In this document: positions 13,860-26,835 of the stretch, in pieces
How the letters are laid out: the number at the start of each line of letters is the position of its first letter
Position numbering within the stretch: position 1 is the first letter of the stretch
Assembly (NCBI GenBank): GCA_951406725.2
Contig: OX597831.1
Coordinates: 15,934,001 to 15,998,000, forward strand
From: Octopus vulgaris
Taxonomy: Eukaryota
Length of the DNA stretch: 64,000 nucleotides
Reading direction: 5' to 3'
Program-made: the position numbers and the translations under genes
Notes under the pieces: model-generated
The model's database searches: none
What the model saw: only the letters and a program-made list of their open reading frames with translations
What the model was told of the DNA's origin: nothing

Positions 13860-14200
13860 TAGAAACTAGGAAATTGAAAGAAGAATGCGTTTGTGTGAAA
13901 TTTTATTTAAAGATGGCGAAAACCTTTACGGAGCAATGTAAGATATCAACAAGAAGAATAGTTTGAGCATGCCATAATTACCAGTATTAGTATGAGTGTT
14001 TGAAATCTGGAAAAACTGCCTAGAAAGATAATGTGCGGAGACCCTTTTTTAGTGGGAAATATTTTGTCACGAAACTGGGAACTTTGCCAAATACTCTAAG
14101 TAATAGGCATCCGGTATTATTCTTGTCCCAGAATTTTAAAAGTAAAACCCAAGCTGAACAACTTTACCTAGACTTATTTCTGAGTCTGTTGATTGAATTA
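13860..14200 (+). mobile_element. Highly degenerate mariner-like transposase fragments (duplicate at ~32470-32810)
   Basis: Broken frames resembling mariner N-terminal HTH text (CVCVKFYLKMAKTFTE; YECLKSGKTA). Confidence 0.4.
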
Positions 14201-17200
14201 TAAAGGTTGACCGAATTATAGAGGAACAGTTCCAGGTTTCTCAACCACCGAGTTACACTGTATCAAGTTTAGTCGACATATTTCTAGATCTGTTAGCAAT
14301 TCCATGGGCGTTTAAAGCAGATTGCAAATCAAAGTACAATCTCTCAAATGGTATTCACTTGTGAGTAGCGGATTTCGCATTTATAGGTCTGTCTGTCTAA
14401 ATGTCTGTATTTACGTGTGTATAGAGGTGTTTATGCATACAAAAGTATGTGTGCGTATATGCATTAGGGTGTGTGAGAGACAGAGTGTGTGTATGTGGTG
14501 TGTGCGTGTGTGTTTTTGTGTGTGTGTATGTGTGTGTTTGTGTGTATATATAAATTGATCTGTTTTGTAAATGATTTTGATCTGGAAATTTTATACGTAT
14601 TTGAAGAGATGTATTTTGAAAACAAATGTTTTTCAGAGGTTTTAATTAATGTGGACATAAATATATTGTGAGGTAACTTCTACCCTATAGCTACATAACA
14701 CCTGTAATCTCCGTTTCAGACTCAAGTAAAATAAAAGCATCTTGTCCAGATAACTGTGTATAGTTATTAAAAGAAGTCTACACTTAAATGGAGCTTCTGA
14801 TAATGAAGTCTTCGTGTGGTTCAATTATATTTTTCTATGATAAACATGTGTTTTCTGGCAGTTATGGGGCGGGCGGGTAAGGAATGTTCAATTCGAAGAG
14901 ATGAGGGACAGATAATGCGCACCGGTGGACACTCCAGTAGGTGAGTCGCTTGACAGACAAAAGCTGGAAGCATTAATTAGTGCCGTGAAGATTTTTTTAA
15001 AAAACTTTTTCATTACTATCTCCACAACCATATTGACAGTAAATGGGAAATGATATAAAGTGGTTTATGCCGCAGATATAAGGATTACCTTTAGAAAAGG
15101 GGTCAATTTTTAGCTTGATAGCAATGTATGATAGGAAGTACAGTGTTTTCAATAGTACAGTAAATTTAATACTCTCATAGAACTAGTAGTTTGATATTTG
15201 AGTAATACTTCTTTGCACACCACAGAAATAACACCACTAATATATTTTGTCCATCTTACCCTAGGCTTAACAATACTGTTGCTAATTTGGCACCACTAAA
15301 AACTTCAACATCGTACAGATTATATTAACTTTCTTTTAGAAGTCACAACCGTAACTTATTCGAAATTCATTTTGACTTTCTCTTTCTAGGTCGGCTCCCA
15401 ATGCGCAAGTGCTGCTGTGGCTATTCTAATTATTAAGATATTCCTATACTAATGAATATACATGCCACTTCACGTATATATATATATGTTACCTAGCAAA
15501 TTTTGTCTTTGAAAAGGATGAAGATCCGCGATGTGAGGATTAACGATTCAGAGATTTTTAAAAAATGCAATGCACATATTTAAATACTAGCAATTATTTC
15601 ATTGCTTTGTAAACGAGAGTTTGAACGAAATTTGTGTTTAGAATGGAGCATCATTTGCTAGTGTCTATTACGGCATTGTAATAAAAACTCCTTCACACCA
15701 GATGAGTTCAAACGCAATTTTATTTTGCTATTATGCATAGTGAGCTCTTAGGAAAAAATAAAATATTTTCCTAATTTGCACTCTTGGTTGTGTTGTGATT
15801 AAGAATTCTTGAATTTCTCGCCGATCATTTGCGTGTAACTCAATAGATTTCCCTCGGTGTTTTCTATTCTATGGCATTACATCGATAACATCAATGTTCT
15901 TGCATATAATCGTGTATAAAGCGGGCTGGTGGCAATTGCATGCTGCTTCGACAAACTCTGAAAAAAAGAAAAAAATCAATTACCAGTAATTTATGAAGAA
16001 AGAAATGTTACAAAAATAAAAATATATAGCTAGACATACAATGTCGTATTGTACATTTTTTTCGGAATACTGGCCTAACTTTTGCTGGCGCCACAAAGTC
16101 AACAGCAGAAATAAAACGTCAGAGACAGCAGTTGTAAATAGAGAAGCAACAGTAGCGATACAGATAAACAAACAGCAACAGCAAAAAAGCGACGACGGAA
16201 AAAGACCAGGAATACGAGTAGAAGGGAAAAGCATGAACCGGTCATTACTTGAAGGACGAAATAAATAATGACGAGGCCAAAATGGCGTCACATATCACAA
16301 AACAATTATAACATCTGCGGAAGTTGCAGCAGCCTCGGTATTAGGATCAACGTCTTAAACTCTTGACTCTCTATGTCACTCTCCCTTACTCCCTCTCTAC
16401 CCCACCCCTCTCTCTGTCTTTCCGTAACACTCATTAATCATATAACTATATTTTCCCACTTTCTCTGATCACCACTCCTGTTCTCACAGCACATCACAAA
16501 GGGAAGTCGACACGAGCGGTATTCCTTACTACAAGGCAATGAAGAAAGAACCAGAGATCAATGTCTGCAGCATGCAAAACTTTAAAAAAAATGTTATTTT
16601 GAAATAATTCGAAGAAACTCATGAAATAGAAATGAATAGCAACAAAGATGGAGAGAATCAGGAGTCAAATTTCCAACCCTCTGTTCAGAAATCCTTCCAA
16701 TCAAAAGAAAATAGCGAAGAAGTATATGTAGTCTTGACAAGAGTATTCACAAATACCCACGAGCAGCCTTCAGAATCTTTGAATCCCTTCCCGTTGACGA
16801 AAGTGAATTTGAAGTTTGTACCAAAAAACGAAGTACGTGACGTTTCTATTATTATGCATGAGGTTCTTTTGAAGTAGAGTTTCTTGTTCAACATCTCATG
16901 CAATTTGGTTAAATATATTACAGCCATCACGAAGACCACTTGCCTCTGATCTCTGGTCTTCAACATTTGAACGTGCAAGCGTCACTTAGTAAGTGTGAAA
17001 AGTTTGGAACACGAATGACATGCTTTCGTCTCAGACATAGGTGATAAATTCTTAGCGCTCAATTTGAGGACAACGGAAAACGTTATTTCATAATAACGGC
17101 CGTCAATTTCCTGACAGTTTCTGAATACCCGGAACAATTGGAATGGCTAAAATAATCTAAGGAAGCGCTAATATTTGTCCCAGCGTTTGACAGTCGAGTC

Positions 17201-17639
17201 TTATCCAAATTCTAGTGACGTAAATCTAATGAACTAAATATTTTTGTTGTTGTTCCAAAAGCTCTTGGCTATATCTTTTAGATTCTTGTTCCATTTCTTA
17301 CTGCAACGACCATACGACCTACAAAGCAGATGGGATACTTTGAGGTCTCCTCTGATAACTACGTCATACCGTATGCTTTCTAACAGCCATTCCTCATGAT
17401 TGTCAGTGTTTATCCTCAAATTCCAGTATGAAAGCAATTTGTAATTTAGCTATTATGAGGCTATAACATAGTGTTGTATCAATAATATACAATGCTATAA
17501 TATATGTCTATATCTATATCACATACCTATAAATGCACATGGAACTTGACATATATTTAAAACACACACATTCATACATAGCTATCTATCTATCTAACTA
17601 TCTATCTACATATCTATCATGGTTGGGAGATAACAGCTT

Positions 17640-18330
17640 ACTCAAAATACTGTCACTCAGCTTCTGCCATGGTCTCAGTACATTTCCCCAACTTGTGATT
17701 GAGTTCTTCGCTCTGTCTTCCAAGATCTTCGAACACCCTAATCTTCGCTTTCGTCTTGGACTTAGTGTTATAGGCAAAGAGGTTAGTACCCTTCTCAACC
17801 TGTCTCCGCATACGAGAACCTATGGGCTTACAATCCACGAATTAAAAGACCAAAAAGGTTGGGGCTGATGAAGCTGTAGTAATTCTCCGACAGCCATGTC
17901 TGACACAGGCATGCAAAGAAGCAGAACCCTGCTGCCACATATAGAACCTTCCAGCAGCTGTCCACTCTGGCCAGGGATTGACCACATCCTCCAGCAGATT
18001 CACATTACCGTCTGAGTCTAAGGTACTCTTCATTTGGTGATGTTGAGATCATGGTGTGCGGACGCAGTTTGAACGACAAATGCATCCCTCCCTACAGGTG
18101 ATGGCTTCGCAGTCTCCGTTTCAGCTGTCCACGTTACTTCTTGCAACCTTCAAATGTTCACAAAGCATCGAAAACTAGTCAAGCTCTCGGCCTTTTGATA
18201 TCCAGCACGTATCATCACGCTGCACTTAACTCTTCTCCAATATTCTGATGGCTTTCATTGCCTAACTGTTTCTCAACTTTAGGATTAGTTTGCATGATCT
18301 CCAATGTCGTTGACTGTTCACAATTCTTGA
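17640..18330 (-). mobile_element. Degenerate Tc1/mariner-superfamily (maT/DD37D-like) transposase remnant
   Basis: LLEDVVNPWPEWTAAGRFYMWQQGSASLH and VEKGTNLFAYNTKSKTKAKI resemble the QQDSAPAH..VE..TN...HNT catalytic and C-terminal regions. Confidence 0.65.
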
Positions 18331-19147
18331 GATATTCTTTAAAAAGTAGAATTGAAAGTCGTTAAATCCAACTCAAACGCCGTTTGTAAGAGAGCGTGCG
18401 CATGTGCGATTGTGTTATAAAGACTGAAAGAGAGACCGAGGCTTAAATGTTAAATGTGAGGAAGGTAGAAACCGCTGCAATCGGAAACATTTAAATTTAA
18501 TTTTTCAAAAAAAGCAGGATTGTTAGTGGCATGGTGGAGTAGAGAATGAATGGACAGAAATCAGTTTTGTTAACGAGACGATAAGTGTGATATGATGAAA
18601 CTTTAAGCATCTGAATCTGTCTCTAAAGTTTCATGGGGATTACATTTACTTTAACATAAGCGAGGGGTGAACACAGAAGAGCGATAATCTAAACGATCTC
18701 GTATCAATTCATTATCTATTGGTTCTGGCAGATTCGGACGTGAACAACTGATCTCTGGTTTTTTTTTCGTCATCGGAGAACTCCTCATTATTCTATTTTT
18801 TCATGACATGCGTCATAACAAAGGAATTGCCTGGCAATATGTTTGATTGTAATATTCTATGTTCTTCTTACTATATTGTTAAAGTTATAGTTACAGTTTT
18901 ATTCCCGCATAGTTGACACTGTGTTGAAATACCGTGATATTGCTGCGTTGCTGTATTAGTCTTATCTCAGTTTTACTGCCTACAATCTTCCTTTAACATG
19001 AGTGTATTATTGAAAAGTAAGAGTTATCAATAAAATGAGTGGGGAAGTATTATACAAATGATAAAATGGTTTTATGTCTATGAAAATTGTCATTCAAAAT
19101 ATAGCCTTATGAGTTGACTTACACCAAATATAAACTTATGGTTTTCA

Positions 19148-19257
19148 TCATACCAAGATGAAGAATAAAGCTACCATAAGCATGCAGAGGGAGAAGTTAA
19201 TGTTGGGCGACGCGCCGACCTTCCCGAAAGTATGTGGTGTTAATGTAGGGTCAGTCC
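19148..19257 (-). CDS. Gene B exon 4: (W)TDPTLTPHTFGKVGASPNINFSLCMLMVALFFILV*, GPI-anchor-signal-like C-terminus
   Basis: Acceptor atttatttcag|GG. Phase 1 matches exon 3; ends in a hydrophobic tail and TGA TGA. AATAAA on the minus strand at 18898-18903. Confidence 0.78.
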
Positions 19258-20441
19258 CTGAAATAAATATGAAAGATTGGTAAACATCCATTGAAACTCT
19301 TACTACACATTGTAGAGATATGGATGCAAATTTTAGGTATCACATTCTCGTGCATAAACTAGACACTCCAGTTTTTTTCCCCAGAACTGCTCCGATTAAA
19401 CTTGTGATGCGGATTTTAATTTTCCTGGAGACTATGTTGAAGCTTGCAGAATGTAGCAAATCCATAATTTGTCTATTTTAACGCTGGAATAGACATTAGA
19501 ACTTTATTGGAGCTACCTATAGAACTCAATCGTTCTGCCTGCAACAGTCTAAGACAGCTAGAGGTGCAAGAAAACAATAATGTCGGATAGGAATTTAAAT
19601 GTATTCCACGAAATGTGTCTCGGACAGAGTCTGAGCTCCAAATGTTCGATTAGTATCCCAAATGAGGAGGTTTCGAGAAGAGCGAGGTCACAACCGCTGC
19701 ACGGTTTTTGCAGCTGAGCGCCGCTTCTGCATCGCTGGTGTCATTCTCGCTCTAGTCAATCAATGGAAGTCGAAAAATGACTGTCGCCAGGCATAAAATA
19801 GCTATGCGAAAGATCACTTGCTGAAGGTCATTTCATGATGAATTCATGACATTTCGTGGATTGAATATGGTATTCTAGCATCCGGTCGAATTTGGGGGAA
19901 AGGAGATTTTCGTGAAATGCGCCGAGCGGTACAGGGAAACCTGGATCAAAAGATGTACAACTATTCTACCATTTCTTGAAGTTTCGAAATACTCAAATTT
20001 ATGTAACGTAAAATTATTCAAATTTATTTACTATAATTTACTTTAAAATAACTTTTACACTTTAGCATTTAAACTATCCGTATCTAGCTAAAATACTCTT
20101 CCTGTTTTACACGCAAACTGGTCATCTCTGGCCTCTAATATATATCCACCAGCATAATTCTTAAAATAAAGAACCACACCATCAAAATCCCAAACCTACG
20201 GGATAATGCATGGTTAATTCAAAACACAGTAAATAAATAAGCTTTACATTTGGCAGTGCAACCTGAATGCTAGAGTGTTACCTGATAACCAAGCAAAATG
20301 TTAAGGATTTGTTTTGAAATATTAAATTGATTTTAATATATGTTCAACGCTTATTAAATTGCATCCGACAAAAGAAGTTTACAGAATTCGATACCGGTTT
20401 GAATTTAGTGTTATTACATAATTTACTACATCAAGACTTAC

Positions 20442-20530
20442 AAGCACACGTTTCGTGAAAAACGGTATGGTAGTGGAGACTACACTGAATAAATTTGTCC
20501 CGAAAACACTTTTCAAACAACTTCGCACGC
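20442..20530 (-). CDS. Gene B exon 3: RAKLFEKCFRDKFIQCSLHYHTVFHETCA
   Basis: ttttctgtttcag|G ... T|gtaagt. 89 nt, phase 2 to 1; homologous to 39203-39291 and 58619-58707. Confidence 0.88.
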
Positions 20531-21005
20531 CTGAAACAGAAAAGATTTTGTAAAGAAATATTATTGTGGAAAATGGACATTTCTACAGTTGAAAATAGTT
20601 TAAAATATTCATGTTCTAACATCTAAGAAACTTTGTGTTTTACAAAATAATTACACGAGGACAATAACTGAAGGTTTTACAACGATTAGATTTTAGGAGC
20701 AAACCTTTAAAATTGTGCTGATAATTTTCCCAAAGAAGAATTAATAATCTTAGCATCTCTAATCTGATCCTAATTAAAAGACATATATTATTCATTTTGA
20801 TCAATTTTAAGGCCATACCATGGAATATTTTACTTATGCTTTGTCCGATAGCATGGTTAGAAGTTAAAGCAGGAGGTTACTTTTAACAATTCAAATGTCT
20901 AGTACAAGCAAAATGTGATAGACAGAAATACTAGCACTGAATAGTTGATAATATTTATGAATTAGATAAGTGAATAACAGAAGTAATAGTGGAAGAGTTA
21001 TGTAC

Positions 21006-21105
21006 TCGCAGAAAAGATTATCATTTCTTTTTTCAGGATATTTTTGAAAGACTTGCGGACACAGAAGTTTAGCAGTTTCGTAGCAAAATCTTGAGGCTGT
21101 AAAAC
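21006..21105 (-). CDS. Gene B exon 2: (G)FTASRFCYETAKLLCPQVFQKYPEKRNDNLFC(E)
   Basis: ttccag|GT ... GA|gtacat. 100 nt, phase 1 to 2; shares FC..T.K.LCP...QKYP with gene C exon 2. Confidence 0.88.
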
Positions 21106-22723
21106 CTGGAATTCGATAAATAAAAACGGTCAATTAAATATATATCACAAACACACACACACACACACACACATATGGCAAATGAAAAACGGAAATAGAA
21201 TATACGAAAATTTATTATTAATCACGACAATTGTTTCGAAATATCTAGCATCCATCCCTCATGGCTAGGATACTCGACAACTGGTTCAGGATCATCCGGT
21301 GGTGCAGATGTATCTCGTCGGGTGATAAATAAGAACAACTCTTTAAAATAACGGTTCCGCAATGTAACTTCTCGTTTTGTAGTAAGAAAACAGCCAGATG
21401 GAGGAAATATCTTCATTTATATTGAAAATTAAATGTAAAATCACAGATGGTAAAAAGAGAAACGAACACGCAGTCCAGCGAGAAAAATATTAAAAATAAC
21501 CACTAACCAGTATGGATGTATAAAGGCCCTCGCGAAAGTAGCATGGCGCGAGTACATTCGCTCATGCAAGCATCCACGAAAATGTGAGCATACGCACATC
21601 TGATGTTTGGTGCAATCATGATCACAAATCGTTAACTATCTACTTGGTGTTTGTAAAAATGGGGAGATTGAAAGTAAACTGAAGACATCCATACTTTAAA
21701 GTAAATTAAGTTTAGTTAATGGTTACTCAAAAGTAATTCCCATGGCATTGTGTGAAAGTACATTGATATGAATGTAGGCATCTCGAGAGTCGTTAAGAAT
21801 TTCTATTAATGATCTCCTCGTTAGTCAACAGAATATATAGAGATGCCTCGGAGCAGAGACGGTATATTCTGAAATTATATTGCATTGTTTCGAGTGCCTT
21901 ACTATGGGACCAAGTTATGCTGTACTACATTTTATGCTCCTCCAGCCGTCATACAAAATCTGCCAAAGATTTTGTCTCTTTTTGATAATCATAAACCTGG
22001 TAACATCGTTATGGTAAGGTATATTAAATGATTCAGCCGTCTGCCTAATGTAAACATACGGTCCTCCACTTGTGTGCAAGGTACATTTGTATACAAGATT
22101 TTAATACAATATTTGTACATCAGCTCGCTTTCTGACTTAAGACACTCACCCACACACAAATGATGGAAAACTCATACACATTTACATACCTATACACACA
22201 GAAGGACACGCACACACACACACATTCATGCGCACACATATTTTCGTACATTCTAGTATCTGAAGTTCCAAATCTCTAACGAGTGCACCTGCGCGAGAGG
22301 CACACTGAAGTGGCAATTTATTAGAAACTTCCTCAAGTTTAATGAAAAATCAACATTAATTTTCGCGCGGTTATATTAAATGTTGTTTGTTATTTCTTTG
22401 AAATTGATACCCCAAACTAAAGAAGTGTGTGGTATGACGTTTATTATACCGCAAGCAAACAATCTTCAGAGCCTGGGACAACTACTGAAAATATGTTATT
22501 AATACTTCTTACTAAACGAAAGTCTGGGAATATCGTGCACAGTGTTCTGACTAACCTTTGCACAACTTCAATTACACTCTCAGGATATGAGATTTGGAGA
22601 TGGAGAAAATATTGCCTTACGCAAAGATGAGTGACTATTTAATGCTAGAGACTACTATAGATCGCATTTTTATACCACCCATCTATGTCGCAGAAATTTC
22701 CATTTAAGTTTCATAATATATAA

Positions 22724-22755
<32 letters not shown>

Positions 22756-22759
<4 letters not shown>

Positions 22760-23000
22760 AGGTTTGGAGTTGATGTACAGGTATTATATATTATAAGAAA
22801 TGAGGTAATCAGAAGATCGGATGGTTCATGTTTATAGATATTTATTTATATATTACATTTTTTACATATATATATCATATCATTCATCATATCATTCAGA
22901 TTATTTGATATGATCTGAATGATATGATATATATATATATGTAATATATAAAGAAATATCTATAAACATGAACCATCCGATCTTCTGATAACCTCATTTC

Positions 23001-23010
<10 letters not shown>
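22756..23010. repeat. Foldback (inverted repeat) insertion in (TA)n with one-sided tail; duplicate at 41561-41820
   Basis: agaaatgaggtaatcagaagatcggatggttcatgtttatagata is mirrored by tatctataaacatgaaccatccgatcttctgataacctcatttct. Confidence 0.85.
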
Positions 23011-23046
<36 letters not shown>

Positions 23047-23050
<4 letters not shown>

Positions 23051-23345
23051 ACTGGAACCTTGTTACCCGAAAATTCTGTTGCCAATAAGAGTTAAGAAAT
23101 GATTCATTACTGATGCCGTGCAAAGGCCTCATATTACTTTAAAGTTTTACTGGCTTTGTTACATACTGCACAGTTATACTGGCTGGCAGGACAATGAGGC
23201 GCCACCGTATACACACACTCTTAAAATGTCTTTTCAGACTTCCAACTGAGAGGCACACCCTTCCACATTTTACACATGTTCTGTTGTGAATTGTAATCGC
23301 CACATCATCGTTTATCATGGTTCGATTACTGTGAGACATTTGATG
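23047..23345 (-). mobile_element. 3' fragment of an RTE-like LINE (C-terminal zinc-finger-like motif); duplicate at ~41880-42180
   Basis: RTCVKCGRVCLSVGSLKRH in ORF 23139..23339. Confidence 0.45.
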
Positions 23346-23392
23346 GTCGACCAGACCTACACCGAGTCAAATAACTCCAACGAACAACACAC

Positions 23393-23490
23393 ACACACAC
23401 ACAACGCCCGGGCTGGGCAACTAAACCGCGATCGTCCAACCGTGAATCCGCGAATCCGCTTCCCTAACCACTGACCAATTGCGCCTCCAC
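23393..23490 (-). mobile_element. tRNA-derived SINE head (duplicate at 42228-42324)
   Basis: GTGGAGGCGCAATTGGTCAGTGGTTAGGGAAGCGG...CCCGGGCGTTGTG with an A-box-like motif. Confidence 0.65.
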
Positions 23491-23542
23491 ATATACGTAT
23501 ATACATACACATACACACACACACACGTACACACACACGCAC

Positions 23543-23618
<76 letters not shown>

Positions 23619-24637
23619 ACAATTGAGGGTAAAATTAATTAGTTATTAATCAATTTCACCAAGTAGTGTTCAGTATGTAAAAGGACCATTTAAGGCGAAT
23701 TCAAAATATTATATTATATAATTAGGGCTTAGTAAAATAAATTACTTTGCCACATACTGAACTTTCTAGAAATAGCAGCCAAAAAGACTTTTAGCCATTT
23801 CCACCACATTAAGAAAATTTCTCTCAGATAATGTTTACTCATAAATAACCCACGAAGGTATGGAGGTAAAAACAGAAAAATATCACAAGTACATATATAT
23901 ATATGTATATGTATGTATTGCATGTGGGTCAAACATTCAACATAATAAACTACTGCATATAACTTATTTCTGTAATTTCATTTCAGGTCGTAATACTATA
24001 TCAATTTATAAGACTGAAAAGTTACTCTTAATATTAATAGGACCACAATTCGCTTCGTAGGCGTAAAAGTTATCGCTACGTATTCTTTTCATAACACCTG
24101 TTGTGGATACAAATAACAGACTGTAGGTACAGATTTAGTACAATAATGTAAGAAATTATACTTATCAAAAGAGTTGAGCTGTTAACAAGATCAAAACGGA
24201 TATGTGTACTAAGTATAAGTAAAAGAGTATAGAAACATTGACACGAATTTCAACAGAAAATAAACATCGAAAGAGGACGCCATTTTATAACAAAATTACC
24301 AAAATTTACCCAACAGATTCTGAATCGAGATGTAGGAGACATTAACAACAAATTATGAGATATTAAAGATAATACGGATATCCAAGAATTGATTCGTAAA
24401 GACAAATAGCCAGAAATGTTAACTAACATAAATACATTCAATTTTATTTATTAGTTGAATATTTTCATTTCTTATATTTTCTAGGACACAAATCTCGTTC
24501 TTTAATACCTCGTTTACCAACGACAATTGTGGTATATAGAGGAAAGTAATTGTTATTGGAGTAGAAAATAAGATGAGTTCCGAGTTTTCTTCCAGCATTC
24601 AGTACCCTATATTCCATACTTTAGTATATAAACAGTA

Positions 24638-24675
<38 letters not shown>

Positions 24676-24812
24676 GACATTTCTGTGATACACGAGACCT
24701 ATTGATAGGCTTTTTTTCCTTTCCCTTTTACGATCCCTCTTGATCGAAAAAAGCCTACCCTACTTTTTAATCTGTCCCGTCTGTGTGCAGCCCTATGTGG
24801 CTAATAATGAAA

Positions 24813-24953
<141 letters not shown>

Positions 24954-24954
24954 A

Positions 24955-25011
<57 letters not shown>

Positions 25012-25233
25012 GAAATAGAAAGATGAATAATCTTGTTGCAGATTAATCAAAAGTTTAATCAAAAGTTTAACCGATACCTTGGTAGCAAAAATCACAGCAG
25101 AAGACAGCACGGTTGGAGGTACAACCATATGGTGTTGCAACCGTGCGTTGGTGCGGATAATTGAATTTTAATATTATTAGTGAATTGAAGAAATGGAGTT
25201 GAAGGAAGATTGAACAGAAATCGTTTTATTGCA

Positions 25234-25312
25234 TTCTACACGTGTTTCGAAAGGCACAATTTACCAAATTCGAATGAATAATGAGACCATCTTGTGTCTT
25301 TCTCTTCAGGAA
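25234..25312 (-). ncRNA. Minimal type I hammerhead ribozyme (sense to gene B pre-mRNA)
   Basis: TTC-CTGAAGA-GAAAGACACAA...TTGTGCCTTTC-GAAAC-ACGT-GTA-GAA, followed by AATAAA. Confidence 0.8.
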
Positions 25313-25462
25313 GAAATAGGAAATCCGTTGGAATAAACAAAAACAGAACAGAGGCGGAGCAAAACAAATCGAACGAGGCTCCTAAGGGCTCTTAGGAGCC
25401 TCGTTCGATTTGTTTGCTCCGCCTCTGTTCTGTTTTTGTTTTTCCAACGGATTTCCTATTTC

Positions 25463-25541
25463 TTCCTGAAGAGAAAGACACAATATGGTCTCATTATTCA
25501 TTCGGAATTTGGTAAATTGTCCTTTCGAAACACGTGTAGAA
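25463..25541 (+). ncRNA. Minimal type I hammerhead ribozyme
   Basis: TTC-CTGAAGA(25466)-GAAAG...CTTTC-GAAA(25527)-C-ACGT-GTA-GAA. Palindromic ACACGTGT stem III; AATAAA at 25545. Confidence 0.8.
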
Positions 25542-25596
25542 TGCAATAAAACGATTTCTGTTCAATCTTCGTTCAACTCCATTTCTTCAATTAATA

Positions 25597-25659
<63 letters not shown>

Positions 25660-25789
25660 GTGCATGAGTATGTATGTGCGTGTATGCAAGTTTGTGCGTG
25701 AATGTGCGCGTTTCTATATGTGTAAACATGTGGATAGATTTTGAAGGGGACAATAAGAAATGTCGATTACATTTCGTTTAATTACTTAC

Positions 25790-25829
25790 CGATCAATAGC
25801 GTACAGATATATATTGAATATTTCATCAT
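25790..25829 (-). CDS. Gene B exon 1: signal peptide start MMKYSIYICTLLI + 1 nt; spliced gene B = 112 aa
   Basis: ATG ATG AAA...ATC G|gtaagt, phase 1. Exons 40+100+89+110 = 339 nt, open to the stop. Confidence 0.85.
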
Positions 25830-25896
25830 TGATGTAAATGGTTTGTTCAATGACTTGTCGTGAAATGGCTACACACCTCTAACCTTTTTTCCACAC

Positions 25897-25905
25897 AAAT
25901 ATATA
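25897..25905 (-). promoter_or_regulatory. Candidate TATA box of gene B (paralogous site at ~44012-44019)
   Basis: ccTATATATTT about 70 nt upstream of the ATG. Confidence 0.4.
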
Positions 25906-26664
25906 GGAAGTAGCAGATGTCTGTTGACACTAAGTAGGATGTACATATGATATGTGCGCCACGAAATAATAAAGACGACATCGTAACCTATGATTTACTG
26001 ACGTACCTGACCTCGACATATCGTTTCAACGTAAAACCTAAAAACATTCTTATGCAGGTTTTATTGCACCTTAATTACGCATTAAATTCAGGTATAACGT
26101 GACACGTTTGAGCACACAGTCACATTCGATGTTGTGTATATGTAATTACCTAATTCATTTACGTATATATATATATATATATATTACACTCAGATACAGA
26201 CACACATGCACACACAAACACACAGAGACACACACGCAATCACACACACACATATTAGCCTATGTACCAGGCGTTGCTTGAGTGTAAAGAATGTTAAAGG
26301 AAATTAATATACTTATCCCGATAAAAGAGGTATTTCCCGAATATTTCTATCAGATGACGTCAGTATAAACACAGATATTAAAACAAATGTACAATGTTTT
26401 CAGGGTATCATTTAATTGGGGTACGAAGAAAACGAGTTTGTGGAATTCCAACTCGCAAACATCCTACATATAATTGCCCACGAGAGAAAGAAGAGGTAAG
26501 GTTAAGTGAAGCAGCCTTGAGAGATTGCGCTCGAGATTTATCTATGGCCATAGTAACACTTACTTTATTTACAATTGTCCTCATCTTCATCAGGTGTCTT
26601 GCGGAAATTTCGCACCTGGGTTCTCATTACTTAGGTATTTTTCGATGTTGATTTTGTTGTTGTT

Positions 26665-26750
<86 letters not shown>

Positions 26751-26755
<5 letters not shown>

Positions 26756-26835
26756 TCACTGCCTGGTGTCTATATCGGAATCTTGGGGTTACTACCCTGC
26801 GCTCTTAACCAATATGCCATATCCCCGTGCGCATA
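26751..26835 (-). mobile_element. Short tRNA-like SINE ending directly in (AAT)n (duplicate at 44973-45057)
   Basis: TGGCATATTGGTTAAGAGCGC...CCAAGATTCCGA...CCAGGCAGTGACCTGA(ATA)n. Confidence 0.6.

Larger units (their letters stand above)
25009..25601. mobile_element. Palindromic Penelope-pLTR-like element in (TA)n: ~170-nt tail plus ~205-bp near-perfect inverted arms, copy 1 only
   Basis: 25183-25388 is the reverse complement of 25389-25592 (centre cctaag-ggct-cttagg). The paralogous site 43688-43765 is uninterrupted (TA)n. Confidence 0.88.

Noticed and set aside
13429-15436. + strand acceptor-like sites followed by short hydrophobic (VFKAAVVVCLFLSVAFMLII*) or Cys-containing (RLPMRKCCCGYSNY*) text
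   Set aside because: Could not be linked to upstream exons in a consistent model.
16632-16877. 81-aa + strand ORF identical in both copies
   Set aside because: No recognisable domain and an in-frame stop just upstream; identity is explained by the recent duplication.
19560-19755. Candidate gene B exon 4 (SRMTPAMQKRR..)
   Set aside because: A 1-nt indel between the copies shifts the frame; 19148-19257 fits the phase and is conserved.
21222-21560. Alternative first or extra exons for gene B (MYSRHATF..WLVVIFNIFLAG; DTSAPPDDPEPVVE)
   Set aside because: No good donor in the required phase. The 25790-25829 exon has a consensus donor and a frame-preserving indel in B'.
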